Positions 38,335 through 52,300 of a stretch of 64,000 nt of DNA are shown here, in pieces. The notes under the pieces are model-generated. The model made no database searches. It was not told the origin of the DNA and worked only from the letters and a program-made list of their open reading frames with translations. Each line of letters begins with the position of its first letter. Positions within the stretch are counted from its first letter, which is position 1. Source of the stretch: Chiloscyllium plagiosum (Eukaryota); assembly GCF_004010195.1 (NCBI RefSeq), contig NC_057719.1:92184814-92248813 (forward strand), given 5' to 3'. The position numbers were made by a program, and so were the translations under genes.

Positions 38335-40140
38335 TAGAGTCCTAGAGATGTACAGCATGGAAACGGACCCTTCGGTCCAACCCGTCCATGCCGACCAGAT
38401 ATCCCAACCCAATCTAGTCCGACCTGCCAGCACCCAGCCCATATCCCTCCAAACCCTTCCTATTCATATACCCATCCAAATGCCTCTTAAATGTTGCAAT
38501 TGTACCAGCCTCCACCACATCCTCTGGCAGCTCATTCTATACCCGTACCACCCTCTGTGTGAAAAGGTGCCCCTTAGGTCTCTTTTATATCTTTCCCCTC
38601 TCACCCTAAACCTATGCACTCTAGGTCTGGACTCCCCGACCCCAGGGAAAAGACTTTGTCTATTTATCCTATCCATGCCCCTCATGATTTTATAAACCTC
38701 TATAAGGTCAGCCCTCAGCCTCCGACACTACAGGGAAAACAGCCCCAGCCCAACTTCTCCTTACAGCTCAAATCCTCCAACCCTGGCAACATGCTTGTAA
38801 ATCTTTTCTGAATCCTTTCAAATTTCACAACATCTTTCTGATAGGAAAGAGACCAGAATTGCACGCAATATTCCAACAGTGGCCTAACCAATGTCCTGTA
38901 CAGCTGCAACATGACCTCTCAACCCCTGTACTCAATACTCTGACCAATAAAGGAAAGCATACCAAACACCTTCTTCNNNNNNNNNNNNNNNNNNNNNNNN
39001 NNNNNNNNNNNNNNNNNNNNNNNNNNNNNNNNNNNNNNNNNNNNNNNNNNNNNNNNNNNNNNNNNNNNNNNNNNNNNNNNNNNNNNNNNNNNNNNNNNNN
39101 NNNNNNNNNNNNNNNNNNNNNNNNNNNNNNNNNNNNNNNNNNNNNNNNNNNNNNNNNNNNNNNNNNNNNNNNNNNNNNNNNNNNNNNNNNNNNNNNNNNN
39201 NNNNNNNNNNNNNNNNNNNNNNNNNNNNNNNNNNNNNNNNNNNNNNNNNNNNNNNNNNNNNNNNNNNNNNNNNNNNNNNNNNNNNNNNNNNNNNNNNNNN
39301 NNNNNNNNNNNNNNNNNNNNNNNNNNNNNNNNNNNNNNNNNNNNNNNNNNNNNNNNNNNNNNNNNNNNNNNNNNNNNNNNNNNNNNNNNNNNNNNNNNNN
39401 NNNNNNNNNNNNNNNNNNNNNNNNNNNNNNNNNNNNNNNNNNNNNNNNNNNNNNNNNNNNNNNNNNNNNNNNNNNNNNNNNNNNNNNNNNNNNNNNNNNN
39501 NNNNNNNNNNNNNNNNNNNNNNNNNNNNNNNNNNNNNNNNNNNNNNNNNNNNNNNNNNNNNNNNNNNNNNNNNNNNNNNNNNNNNNNNNNNNNNNNNNNN
39601 NNNNNNNNNNNNNNNNNNNNNNNNNNNNNNNNNNNNNNNNNNNNNNNNNNNNNNNNNNNNNNNNNNNNNNNNNNNNNNNNNNNNNNNNNNNNNNNNNNNN
39701 NNNCCCCTCTAGCATATCTCTCCACGCTTCAGGCTCTCTGCCTTTATTCCTGATGAAGGGCTTTTGCCAGAAACGTCGATTTTGTTGCTCGTTGGATGCT
39801 GCCTGAACTGCTGTGCTCTTCCAGCACCACTAATCCAGAGCCTTCTTCACTATCCTATCTACCTGCGATACCACTTTCAAGGAGCTATGAACCTGTACTC
39901 CAAGATCTCTTTGTTCAGCAACACTCCCTAGGACATCACCATTAAGTGTATAAGTCCTGCTAAGATTTGCTTTCCCAAAATGCTGCACCTCGCATTTATC
40001 TGAATTAAACTCCATCTGCCACTTCTCAGCCCATTGGCCCATCTGGTCCAGATCCTGTTGTAATCTGAGGTAACCCTCTTCGCTGTCCACTACACCTCCA
40101 ATTTTGGTGTCATCTGCAAAACGTACTAACTGTACCTCTT
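38335..40140 (-). mobile_element. CR1 LINE 3' fragment spanning an assembly gap and a Penelope insertion
   Basis: CR1 sequence continues on either side of the gap (CCTTCTTC repeated at both junctions). Confidence 0.8.
38977..39703. other. Assembly gap (N run)
   Basis: Ns. Confidence 1.
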
Positions 40141-41009
40141 ATTCTTGTGAACAACAGACCAGCCTGTGATCGCTTTTGGTAAATCCAGTTCTGGATGAGA
40201 TCACAGCTGGATCTGAGAGCATTTTCGAAAACCAGTTGAGAAACTTCCACAATTTATAGCATCCCAGCAGTAAGCAGAGATCCGGAGTTAAGCCAACTGA
40301 GTGTCAGATTAGTTAAAGTTTAAAATCCTAAGAAATGCACCCTAACTGAGGCAATTAAAACCACCACAAAACAGGGCCTTCATTAATTTTTTTCAAAAAT
40401 GAATGGATTTTTGTTTGTACTTCAGAGGATCAGTAGTTCGTTCAGCTGGACAGTCTTAACTTGTCACGGTAATTTCAACACTTTATTTCCAACTCAGTTC
40501 TAACGAACTAGGCGGGTGGACGAACAGGGAATAAAAACATTAAAGGATTCGAAAACAGTTAAGGATTTTTGCCAACTCAATAAGATTTATTTGTTGTCAC
40601 ATGGGGCAGATGCCCCACTGATTTCCCTCTTTGAGTAAGTGTCTACAACTTACTAAACAATAGCAACTGGGGATAAGCAATAAAGTGCTGGCCAACCAAC
40701 AATGGTCAGGTGAATAAAAACAAAAAACTTCTTTGAGTTTTGCAGAATCACGTAGCAAAGCAGGCTATTCAGTCCTTCATACTGGTGTCAGCCCTTGAAA
40801 GCACAATCCATTTAGCCCTGGCCCACTGCTTTTAATGCACTAGTGCATTACTCCAGTTCTCTTTTGAAAGTTCTGCTTACTGCCCCTTCAATTAGACACA
40901 GTATATTCCAGGTCACTTCTGTAGTGGCTGTTAAGCTGAGACTCTGGAAGTGATTAATCACCTTGTTAACATTATTGAGCATTGTCCTGAAATAAAATTG
41001 AAACAAGAG

Positions 41010-43170
41010 TATAGAACATTCCTGTGCAGTACGGGCCCTCCGGCCTCAATGTTGCACTGACCTGTGGAACCAATCTGAAGCCCATCTAACCTACACTCTT
41101 CCCATTTACATCCATATGTTTATCCAGTGACCATTTAAATGCCCTTAAAGTTGGCGAGTCTACTACTGTTGCAGGCAGGCCATTCCACACCCCTATTACT
41201 CTCTGAGTAAAGAACCTACCTCTGACATTGTCCTATATCCATCACCCCTCAATTTAAAGCTATGTCCCCTTGTGCTAGCCATCACCATCTGAGGAAAAGG
41301 GCTCTCACTGTCCACCCTATCTAACCCTCGGATTTTCTTATGTGTCTCAATTAAGTCCCCTCTCAACCTTCTTCTCTCTAACAAAAACAGCCTCAAGTCC
41401 CTCACCCTCATAAGACCTTCCCTCCATACCAGGCAACATTCCTAGTAAATCTCCTCTGAACCCTTTTCGAAGCTTCCACATCCTTCCTATAATGCAGTGA
41501 CCAGAATTGGATACAATACTCCAAGTGCGGTCGCACCAGAGTTTTGTACAGCTGGAACATGCCTCATGGCTCCGAAACGCAATCCCCCTCTCAATAAAAG
41601 CTAACACACCGTATGCCTTCTTAACCCTATTAACCTGGTTGGCAACTCTCAGGGATCTATGTACCTGGACACCGAGAACTCTTTGCTCATCTGCACTACC
41701 AAGAATCTTACCATTAGCCTAGTACTCTTTATTCCTGTTACTCCTTCCAAAGTGAATCACTTCACACACTACTACATTAAACTCCATTTTCCATCTCGCA
41801 GCCCAGCTCTGCAGCTTATCTCTGTCCCTCTATAATTGACAACATCCTTTGGCACTATCCACAACACCACCGATCTCAATGTCATCCGCAAATTTACTAA
41901 CCCATCCTTCTACACCCTCATCCAGGTCATTTATAAAGATGACAAACAGCAGTGGCCCCAAAACAGATCCTTGCGGTACACCACTAGTAACTGAACTCCA
42001 GGATGAACATTTCCCATCAACCACCACCTTCTGTCTTCTTTCAGCTGACCAATTCCTGATCCAAACCACTAAATCACCTTCAATTCCATGCCTCCATATT
42101 TTGTGCATTAGCCTACCGTGGGGAACCTTAACCTTATCAAGTGCTCTACTGAAATCCATATACCACATCAACCGCTTTAGCCTCATCCACCTGTTTGGTC
42201 ACCTTCTCAAAGAACTCAATAAAGTTTGTGAGGCATGACCTACCCTTCACAAAACCGTGTTACTATCCTTAATCAATTTATTCCTTTCTAAATGATTATA
42301 AATCCTATCCCATCTAACCTTTTCCAACACTTTACCTACAACGGAAGTATGGCTCACTGGTCTATAATTACTAGGGTTGTCTCTACTCCCCTTCTTGAAC
42401 AAGGGGACAGCATTTGCTCTCCTCCGGTCTTCTGGCTTTATTCCTGTAGACAATGACGACATAAAGATCAAAGCCAAAGACTCTGCAATCTCTTCCCTGG
42501 CTTCCCAGAGAATCCTAGGATAAATCCCATCCAGCCCAGAGGACTCATCTATTTTCACACTTGCCAGAATTGCTAACACCGCGTCCTTGTGAACCTCTAT
42601 CCCATCTAGTCTAGTAGCCTGTATCTCAGTATTCTCCTCAACAATATCGTCTTTTTCCAGTGTGAATACCGATGGAAAATATTCAATTATTACTTCTCCT
42701 TGGACTCTATGCATAATTTCCACGACTGTCGTTGATTGGCCCTAATATTACTCTGGTCATACTTTTATTCCTGACATAGCCATAGAAAGCTTTTGGGTTT
42801 TTCTTGATCCTATCCACCAATGAGTTCGCATGTCCCTTCCTAGTTCGCTCTTTAGCTCTTTCCTGACTAACTTATAACGCTCAAGCGCCCTAACTGAGCT
42901 TTCATGTCTCATCCTTACATAAGCCGCCTTCTTGCTCTTGACATGAGATTCAACTTCTTTCGTAAACTCCCTTGCTCAACCACTTCCTCCCTGCCTGACC
43001 AGTACATACTTATCAAGGACACACAGTAGCTGTTCCTTGAATACGCTTCACATTTCAGTTGTGCCCATCCCCTGCAGTTTCCTTCCCCAGCCTATCCATC
43101 CTAAATCTTGCCTAATCGCATCATAATTACCTTTCCCCCAGTTATAACTCTTGCCCTGCAGTATATACCT
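41010..43170 (-). mobile_element. CR1 LINE ~2.1 kb 3' fragment (frameshifted)
   Basis: [39 protein letters not shown]. Other CR1 pieces at ~6900-8800, 19935-20360, 25730-26610, 27535-28120, 32370-33315, 37005-37530, 47165-47590, 49135-49575, 51640-52680, 54980-56450, 62545-63500. Confidence 0.9.
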
Positions 43171-43759
43171 ATAACTGTCCATCACATTGGAGAAGGTTCG
43201 AATAGATGGCTTCAAGAAGAAATTTTACTGTTAATTTTTTTGGCTTTCACTGATTTGGACAGATTTTGTTCAGGATGTTGCTGTCTAACCGGCAAAGTGA
43301 CAAGTCATAATCAAACCAGAGTGTTAAGAGTTTAATTTCCCTTGCCAAGGTTAAAGGAATTTCGACAGAGCCAGAATCCCTGAAACTTCCCTCCAGACTC
43401 CTTCCTGGTAGTGTGAGTGGGAAAGAGCTCCAGCTTTAGTTTGCAGTGATGTCAGAGAATCTCATCATCATTGGAATGCGTCACCTTGGCTGGGTCAATG
43501 TTGATGGACTCCCTTCCTCACACCTACACCAGAGACACTGCAGCTGTTGAAGCATCAACCTTCTTGAGAGTAACTTGGGATTGGTAATAAATGTTGACAT
43601 TAACAGTGATGGCCATGGACTGAGAATTGATGAAGAAATAAAGGAAGATGTGTGCGTGATTAGATCACACATGTATTTACCTTCTGCTTTTTGCAAATGT
43701 ATTGGACATTGAGACTTCCAAAAAACCATCTTTCTCATGCAAGAGCCGTTCTAAGGTAT

Positions 43760-44088
43760 GGGCGGCACGGTAGCACAGTGGTTAGCACTGCTGCTTCACA
43801 GCGCCAGAGACCCGGGTTCAATTCCCGCCTCAGGCGACTCTCTGTGTGGAGTTTGCACATTCTCCCCGTGTCTGCGTGGGTTTCCTCCGGGTGCTCCGGT
43901 TTCCTCCCACAATCCAAAAATGTGCAGGGGTTAGGTGAATTGGCCATGCTAAATTGCCCGTAGTGTTAGGTGAAGGGGTAAATGTAGGAGAATGGGTCTG
44001 GGTGGGTTACGCTTCGGCGGGTCGGTGTGGACTTGTTGGGCCGAAGGGCCTGTTTCCACACTGTAAGTAATCTAATCTAATCTAATCT
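43760..44088 (+). mobile_element. HE1-type SINE, full length (representative of ~16 copies)
   Basis: GGCGGCACGGTAGCACAGTGGTTAGC A box, GGTTCAATTCC B box, conserved core, CR1-like tail, (TAATC)n end. Other copies at ~12050-12345, 13451-13782, 17790-18090(-), 23361-23672(-), 24715-25020, 28250-28530(-), 44375-44780(-), 45813-46125(-), 46580-46835, 51063-51390, 53288-53562(-), 57380-57700(-), 57864-58090, 63520-63676(-). Confidence 0.9.
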
Positions 44089-44914
44089 CTTCAAGGCTGA
44101 TGTCCATAACATTGAAATAGTCACGTTTGTTATGTTTACAGACTTGGAACGTATCCATGTTCTGAACATACAGGGATATGCATGCAACCTTCTTTCAATG
44201 TGAAAACCTGCATTTGTATATTACCTGAGATGACCTTGGGATAGCCCAGTCTGGGAGCTTCAGCTGAGGTACTCTGTAGAGATACCAGTGAATGGTGGAA
44301 CTCACTGAATACAGACCCTCACTTAACCAAACCATTTTGCCCTTTCAGTCAGTATAGATGATATTCCCTTTAATCTGGAAACAGGCCCTTTGGCCTAACA
44401 AGTTCACCCCGACCCTCCAAAAAGTAACCCACCCAAACTCCGTTTCAGCCTGACTAATGCACCTAACACTATGGACTTTCCTCATTCCTGAAGAAGGGCT
44501 TATGCCCGAAACGTCGATTCTCCTGTTCCTTGGATGCTGCCTGACCTGCTGTGCTTTTCCAGCAACACATTTTCAGCACCTAACACTATGGGCAATTTAG
44601 CATGGCCAATTCACCTAGCCTGCCCATCTTTGGATTGTGGGAGGAAACCAGAGCACCCGGAGGAAACCCACGCAGACACGGGGAGAATGTGCAAACTCCA
44701 CACAGACAGTCGCCCGAGATTGGAATCGAACCTGGGACCCTGGTGCTGTGAGGCAGCAGTGCTAACCACTGAGCCACCGCCACGCATAGTGCTGAAATAC
44801 TTCCATAACATCAAATAGGTGCACTGTAGACAAACTAGATAAGAGAAGAAAAAAGGCATAATCCCTCCTCGACTTAGTGCAAACGGCTTTTGTATAATTT
44901 AACACCATATTCAG

Positions 44915-47070
44915 TTAGCGAAACTGAGCAGGTCTGGCAGCATCTGTGAAGAGAGAATTGAGTCCAGTGACCCTCCTTCAGAAAGGGAAGGAGCTGGGAA
45001 AAGGTGGTATTTATGCTGTGACATCAGGGAAATAGGAGAAAGGTGTAAGATGAATAGATTGAGACGGTGCCAGAGAATGAGAAACTGCTGATAAACTAGG
45101 GAAGAGGCAAATACTGAATAAGGGCTAGTGAAAAGTGTGAATGGTTGGAAATGTATCAGCTGTGTTGGGATCAACCTGTACGGAACAGGACCCGGGGGTG
45201 TTTAGGAGAGTAATCAGCATGGAGGACGGCGTTCACACTCTGAAATTGTTAAACTCAATATTGAGCGCTGAGAGCTGGAGGTATCTCGGCAGAGGATGAG
45301 TTGCTGTTTGTTCCCAGCATACCCGGAGTATAGCTGGAGCACTGCAGCAAGATTAGGACAGTGATGTCAGCTAGGGAGCTGGTAAGGGAAGCTGAGGACT
45401 ATAGTTGTGGACAGAAACGTAAGTGTTCTGCAAAGTGGTTGCCCAGTCTGTGTGTTGTTCTCCCAAGTGTGGAGGAGGTCAAATTGTGAGCGGCGAATGC
45501 AGTGGACTAGATTGAGTGAAGTTCAGGCACATCGCTGCTTCACCTGGAAGATGTGTCCGGGGCCTTGGATAGTGAGAAGGGGCAAGTGAACAGGTCGGTG
45601 TTACACTTTCTGTGATTGCATGGGAAGGGGCCATGGGACAATAGGGAGGTGTTGGGGGTGGACCAGGGTATCCCAGAGGGAATGGTCCATGTGAAACACT
45701 GACCAGGGAGGGGAGGGGAATATGTGTTTGATTGTGGCATCCCTTTCGAGGTAGTGGGAATGGCAGTTTATGATCCTTGGATGCAGAGGCTGGTAAGTGA
45801 GGAAATTTTTTTAAGATTAGATTACTTTACAGTGTGGAAACAGGCCCTTTGGCCCAACAAGTCCACACTGACCCGCCGAAGCGCAACCCACCCATACCCC
45901 TACATTTACCCTTTCACCTAACACTACGGGCAATTTGGCATGGCCAATTCACCTGACCTGCACATCTTTGGACTGTGGGAGGAAACCGGAGCACCCGGAG
46001 GAAACCCACACAGACACGGGGAGAACGTGCAAACTCCACACAGACAGTCGCCTGAGGTGGGAATTGAACCTGGGTCTCTGGTGCTGTGAGGCAGCAGTGC
46101 CAACCACTGTGCCACCATGCCGCCCACTAAAGGAAAAGGGGGACCCTTCTGCCACTGTGGGAGGGAAGAGAAGGGGTGAGGGCAGAAGTGTGGGACGTGG
46201 GTCAGACAGGGCTGAGGGTCCTGTCAACCGTGGTGTTGGGGAATCCTTGATTGTGGAAGAAGGTGGACATTTCGGAAGCCCCTTGAGAAAGCTGGCATTG
46301 TTGGAACAGATGCGACGGAGACGAAGGATCTGGGAAAATGGCATAGAATCTTGACAGGAAGCAGGGTGTGAGGACGTATAATTAAGGTAACCGTGGGAGC
46401 CAGTGCACACATAAAGGATATCGGTGGCTAGCCTATCCCCAGAAATGGAAACAGAGATGTCAAGGAAGGGAAGGGAGGAGTCCGATTAAGGGGAGAACAG
46501 AGTGGAAATTGTAAGCAAAATTGAAAAAGTGTTTCCAACTCCGGACGAGAGAGGGAAGCAGCACTGACGCTGTCATCGCAGGTGGTTAGCACTGCTGCCT
46601 CACCGCACCAGGGACCCGAGTTCGATCCCAGCCTCAGGCAGCTATGTGGGTTTCCTCCCACAGTCCAAAGATGTGCATGTCAGGTGGATTCATGCTAAAT
46701 TGCCCAGAGTGTCAGGCGGGTTAGCCAAGGGAAAATGCAGGGTTACAGGGAGAGGATTGGGTCTGGGTGGGATGCTCTTCAGTGGGTCAGTGCAGATAGG
46801 CCCAAATAGTCTGTTTCCACACTGTAGGTATTCTACCTACTGGAGAAAGAGTTGTAGTTGGGGGGCTGGAGGATGACGAGAACAAGGAATATTCTAAGTA
46901 CCCCACAAAGAAACAGGGGTAAATGGGACCCTTGTGGGTGCCCACGCCCATACCTTTGACCTGAAGGAAGTGTGAGTTTTTTCTTTCCACAGGTGCGGTC
47001 AGACCTGCTGAGTTTCTCCAGCACTTTTGGTTTTCGTTTTGGATTTCCAGCACCTGCAGTTCTGTGTTTT
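44915..47070 (-). mobile_element. Degenerate Penelope-like element with RT remnants and an inverted terminal segment; contains two HE1 SINE insertions
   Basis: Minus-strand peptides HFLQVKGMGVGTHKGPIYPCFFVGYLEYSLF (RT motif) and YLNYTSSHPASCQDSMPFSQILRLRRICS (PLE thumb/linker); ends 44915-44945 and ~46995-47025 are inverted copies. Confidence 0.8.
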
Positions 47071-49328
47071 GTTACAATTTGTACAAATAAGCAATTCCCG
47101 TCTGGGAAAGAAAGCAGTGGGAATATTCCAGTTGACATTGGCAAGCTAATTGGGATCAATGTTTAGAGTCATAGAGATGTACAGCTCGGAAACAGACCCT
47201 TCGGCCCAACCCGTCCATGCCGACCAGGTATCCCAACCCAATCTAGTCCCACCTGCCAGCACTTGGCCCATATCCCTCCAAACCCTTCCTATTCATATAC
47301 CCATCCAAATGCCTCTTAAATGTTGCAATTGTACCAGCCTCCACCACTTCCTCTGGCAGCTCATTCCATTCACGCACCACCCTCTGTGTGAAAAAGTTGC
47401 CCCTTAGGTCACTTTTATATCTTTCCCCTCTCACCCTAAACCCATGCCCTCTAGTTCTGGACTCCCCAACCCCAGGGAAAAGACTTTGCCTATTTACCCT
47501 ATCCATGCCCCCACATGATTTTGTAAACCTCTATGAGGTCACCCCTCAGCCTCCGATGCTCCAGGTAAAACAGCCCCAGCCTGTTCAGCCTCAAATCCTC
47601 GAGATAGTCTTCAAATCTCCAACCCGGAACAGAGCCTCAATCGTAAAATAAAAGTCAAAGGGAGTTGAAAATGACCTTGAGCCCCTACTGGAAAGGGGAG
47701 TTGAATTTTGTTCAGCTAGGCGGCAAGGCTAGGAGATTGAGAACTGCATCGCCAAGTTAGTACATGGTAGTACCTGACTGGGAATCCCACTCACAAATAC
47801 TAGGACGTGTGACTGTGATCTTTCCCCTTTGTTGAATAACCCACAGCCAGACACTTTCGGCTCAGTTTAAGTATTGGGTGAGATTGTAGCAGGCAGCTGC
47901 AATCACAAGAACTCAGGACCTACAACTGGGCATGAAGAGTGGCAGAGGAAGGGTGGTGCCATGATGGAAAGTAAAACCAAATGGAGCATCGAATCCTCTT
48001 GCCATTCCCGCTCGTCATTCCTGAACCGGATTTTCTTTCCTGAAAATGAACGGGCCAGTGCTTGAGCAAATGGAATTTTATAAAACGTAGGGCCTGAATG
48101 ATTGATGGAGCTCATTATTCGATTCCAACAGGACATGCACATTTAGTTGGCAACGCTCCCAATGTGTTCGTTCGATCAAAAATAAAAAAACTCCCTGACT
48201 TGGAGCTTAGAAGACTTGGGCTTTACAAAGTGGCTCATTATATAAGCTGGAACCTGGCAGCTGGAAAACAGATGCAGCTGTGACTCACTCATTCCAAATA
48301 ATACTTCAGCTCAAGTCTTTTTTAGATCCAGGAGCAGCACACAGAAGGTGGCCCTGCCTCTTCGCATGAGCGATCCGTGGAGTTCCAATTGTTCTCCCAC
48401 CAACCCAGCTCTTCCCACTCACACGGACTGTTCTTCTTTAGCTGTTTCCCCCGCTCTCTTTCAAAGTTCCTGGTCCGTCTGCTAGGTCGTGTGGCTGTGA
48501 TCTTTCCCCATTGTTGAATAACCCATCGCCAGGCACTGTCGGCTCAGTTGAAGTAATGGGTGAGGTAGCAGCGGGCACCTTCAAGTACAAGAACCCAGGA
48601 CCTCCAACAGGTCCTTTCAGGCAGTGCCCCTTTCCAAATCACGATCAAACAAAAAAATTACCACCTTCTCTGGTTTTTATTTTAGCAATTATCTTAAATC
48701 TGTACCCCCTCCCTTGTTGCTAACCTTACTGCCAGAGCTTGATTTTATGGAAGGGATGATAAATATCGAATGCCTGTCTCTCCAGAAACAATCCACATTG
48801 AAAAGAGCTGGTTGTCAGAGCCCAGTCTGAATGTTAGCACAGGAGCAAGGTGGTTTATTGAAATGGCAAGTGACTGGGATTTTGGGGTCATTGCAGCTTG
48901 GTAGTGGTGTCATCTTACAGCCGGAGGTTAAACAAATGAATCACCCTGCCCTCCGTTATTTTTAATTCACTGACAGGGCCATAGGTGTTGCTGGCTGGGC
49001 CTGCATTTATCGTCCATTCCCAGTTGCCCTGGAGAGGCTGATGGAGAGCTATCTTCTTGAACTGCTGCAGTTCAACTGCTGAGGGTGAACAATAGGGTTG
49101 TTCAGGAGGGACAGCCAGGATTTTAACCAGTCTCTGAGTCATAGAGATGTACAGCATGGAAACAGACCCTTCGGTCCAACCCATCCATGCCGACCCGATA
49201 TCCCAACCCAATCTAGTCCCACCTGCCAGCACCCGGGCCATATCACTCCAAACCCTTCCTATTCATATACCCATCCAAATGCCTCTTAAATGTTGCAATT
49301 GTACCAGCCTCCACCACTTCCTCTGGTA

Positions 49329-49371
49329 NNNNNNNNNNNNNNNNNNNNNNNNNNNNNNNNNNNNNNNNNNN
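49329..49371. other. Assembly gap (N run)
   Basis: Ns. Confidence 1.
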
Positions 49372-52300
49372 ACATCCTTGTAAATCTTTTCTGAACTCTT
49401 TCAAGTTTCACAACATCTTTCTGACAGGAAGGAGATCAGAATTGCACACAATATTTCAACAGTGGCCTAACCAATGTCCTGTACAGCCACAACATGACCT
49501 TCCAACCTCTGTACTCAATACTAGGACCAATAAAGGAAAGCATACCAAACACCACCTTCACTAACCTATCTATCTGTGAAGGAACAGCCGATAGATTTTC
49601 ACATCAGGATGGTCAGTGGCTTAGAATTGGCGTTAAAGGATCCCACGACACTAACCAAAATGAAATAAAGATGTTCTTCCCTGTGTACAACATTTATCCC
49701 TATGTTCTATCCCTCAAACAATATCACAACAGCAGATTTTCTGCGCATCATTACAGTGTAGTTTGCGCAGTGTACAAATTGGCTGCTGCTTCCTGCTTGA
49801 CAACATAGACGACGTGTCACAAACTGTAAAAGTGCTTTAATGCTCCGAGTTTGTGTTGGGTCCTATAGAAATGTAAGGTCTGTAACGAATATTTTGTGTT
49901 ATTCTGAGGTTGTGAAGAGGACTTCATGAATGCAAATCTTTTTAGCCTCCCCTGTTTCAGTCAGTGGAAATTACACAGAGGTGGGTGGTACAGGCTTCCA
50001 ACACTGTGCTGCCCAGTTTCCAATCAAATCAATACCAACAAGTGAAGCATTTGTGTTGATGAAGGTGTTGAGCAGCTTTGACTCGATCTGGGAGGCACAA
50101 AGCTTGTCACAACACAATATTAACGGGCCAGGATTGGGAAATAGCTTTTCCATTTAAATGGGACACAGTAACTGCAGCAGGAAACAAGCTGGGCACAACA
50201 TTTTGAGATCCAGATGTTATTCAAAGCAAAGCAACATGGTGATTTGCTTTGGTGAATCAGTGTGCTGGATGCTGTTAGCAGGTGATACAAAAATGTAGTG
50301 AGCGAGGGGAGAGAATTGGTACCATTCTTAAGTATTCTCTCACATCAGTAATGAGTTTTTATTTAGTGACAAAGAGATTGATTATTTAATAGTTTAGTCA
50401 GATACAGGCACAGGGTTTTGTTTTGTTTCTCCTTTTCCATGTCCTTTGTGGTTATTCAGGGTCCTGACATTCACACCTGTTCTGGACACATCTTTTGTTG
50501 CTTGAGCATTGATTTTGGTCATGCACCATAAAACGTTTGGTCAACTAAGGCTGCACCTATTATGAATGCCCTCACGAGGTGATATAGCCCACAGGCACAG
50601 GGACAGCTTAACCGCTGCCTGGAACGATGACGGTGTGTGTGTGTGTGCATGCCTGTGTCATTTTGCCTCCTGCTCCAATGATCATTTCCAACACAAACAT
50701 CAAGAACTTTGCACCTAGCCACACCAGCTCGCCCTGTCCATTTGCTCAAGACCTTTTACATTTTTAACTTTCGACAGCTCCAATACTAGGTCAGGGCCCT
50801 GCAAAGTCAACTCAAGTTTCTCTCTCCACGTGTAATTTGTTTTCACTTCAGATCTCCAGCAGCTTCAGTATTTCCATTTTGCATCGGTACGATTTTCTCG
50901 GGCAAGGGTATCAAAGGATATGGGTCAAAAGTGGGTAGCATGGGCGTAGTTAGATCAGTATTGATCAAACTGAATGACAGAATAGCTTCAAGAGGCCAAA
51001 TAAGACCATAAGAATAGGATAAGGAATAGGCTGTTTGGCCTCTGTTCTGCCACTCAATAGGATGCACGGTGGCTCAGTGGTTAGCACTGCAGCCTCACAG
51101 CACCAGGGACCCGGGTTCGATTCTAGCCTTGGGCAACTGACTGTGTGGAATTTGCACATTCTCCCCGTGCCTGCGTGGGTTTCCTCCGGGTGCTCCAGTT
51201 TCCTCCCACAGTCCAAAAATGTGCAGGTCAGGTGAATTGGTCGTGCTAAATTGCCCATAGTCTTAGGTGCATTAGTGAGAGGGAAATGGGTCTGGGTGGG
51301 TTACTCTGGAGGGTTGGTGTGGACTTGTTGGGCTGAAGGACCTGTTTCCACACTGTAGGGAATCTAGTTGAAATGTAATCTAGTCTAAAACTAAGGGTCA
51401 TGCATTTGATCTTACAAGAGTCATGGTTGATCTGACATTCCTCAATGTGTGGGGGGAGCGTAGGGGAATGAAGGTGAGGCCCCTGCTGAGGACTGATCTT
51501 TCATCCTCAGAGAGGAGCTCATGCCCGAAACGTCGATTCTCCTGCTCCTTGGATGCTGCCTGACCTGCCACACATTTTCAGCTCTGATCTCCAGCATCTG
51601 CAGTCCTCACTTTCTCCTCTGACATTCCTCAAGTCAACGTTCCTACATTTTTCCAGGAAACCTCGATTCCCCTACTGATCAAGAATCTATCTGTCTCAGC
51701 CTTAAATATACACAAGGGCTCTGCCCCCACAGCTCTCCGGGGCAAGGATTTCCAAAGACTCTCAACCTGCTGAGAGAACAAAAGGCTCCTCATCTCAGTC
51801 ACAAATTGGCACCACCTAAATCCTCTCAGCATTTACCCTGTCAAGCCCCGTGAGTATTTTATACGTTTCTTATAAATTCCAGTGAGTACAGTCCCAACTC
51901 CAACAATCCCTCCATACCAGGATCATCCAAGTGAACTCTCTCTGAACTGCCTCCAATGAACTGCTATCTTTCCATAAATAAGGGGATCAAAGCTGCTCAC
52001 AGTACTCTAGATGTGGTCTCACCACACCACCTTGTACATTTACAGTAAGACTTCCCTACTCTTAGACTCCAACTCTCTCAAAGTAAGGGCTGACATTCTA
52101 TGAGCCTTCCTGATTACCTGTTGCCCGTGTGTGCTAGCTCTCTGTTGAGCAAAGGTTCTCCAGAATTGGTTTGTGCTGCTGCTTTCTGCAGATTTTGCTC
52201 CATCTGAATAAGAGTCTGTGCTGCAGGTTTTCTCCATTTAAGCAAGATGCTGATCTTTTATTCTTCCTTCCAAACTGGACTTCACATTTTCCCACATTAT

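Noticed and set aside
38825..39806. Longest ORFs in the track (268-315 aa)
   Set aside because: They run through the N gap and are artefacts.
43480..43650. Possible minus-strand exon (pyrimidine tract plus AG near 43620)
   Set aside because: The translations resemble nothing I recognise and there is no partner exon.
43760..43835. tRNA-like sequences with A/B boxes
   Set aside because: They are SINE heads that continue into SINE body and tail, not tRNA genes.
49971..50153. 60-aa minus-strand ORF in unique sequence
   Set aside because: No recognisable homology and no convincing splice partners.
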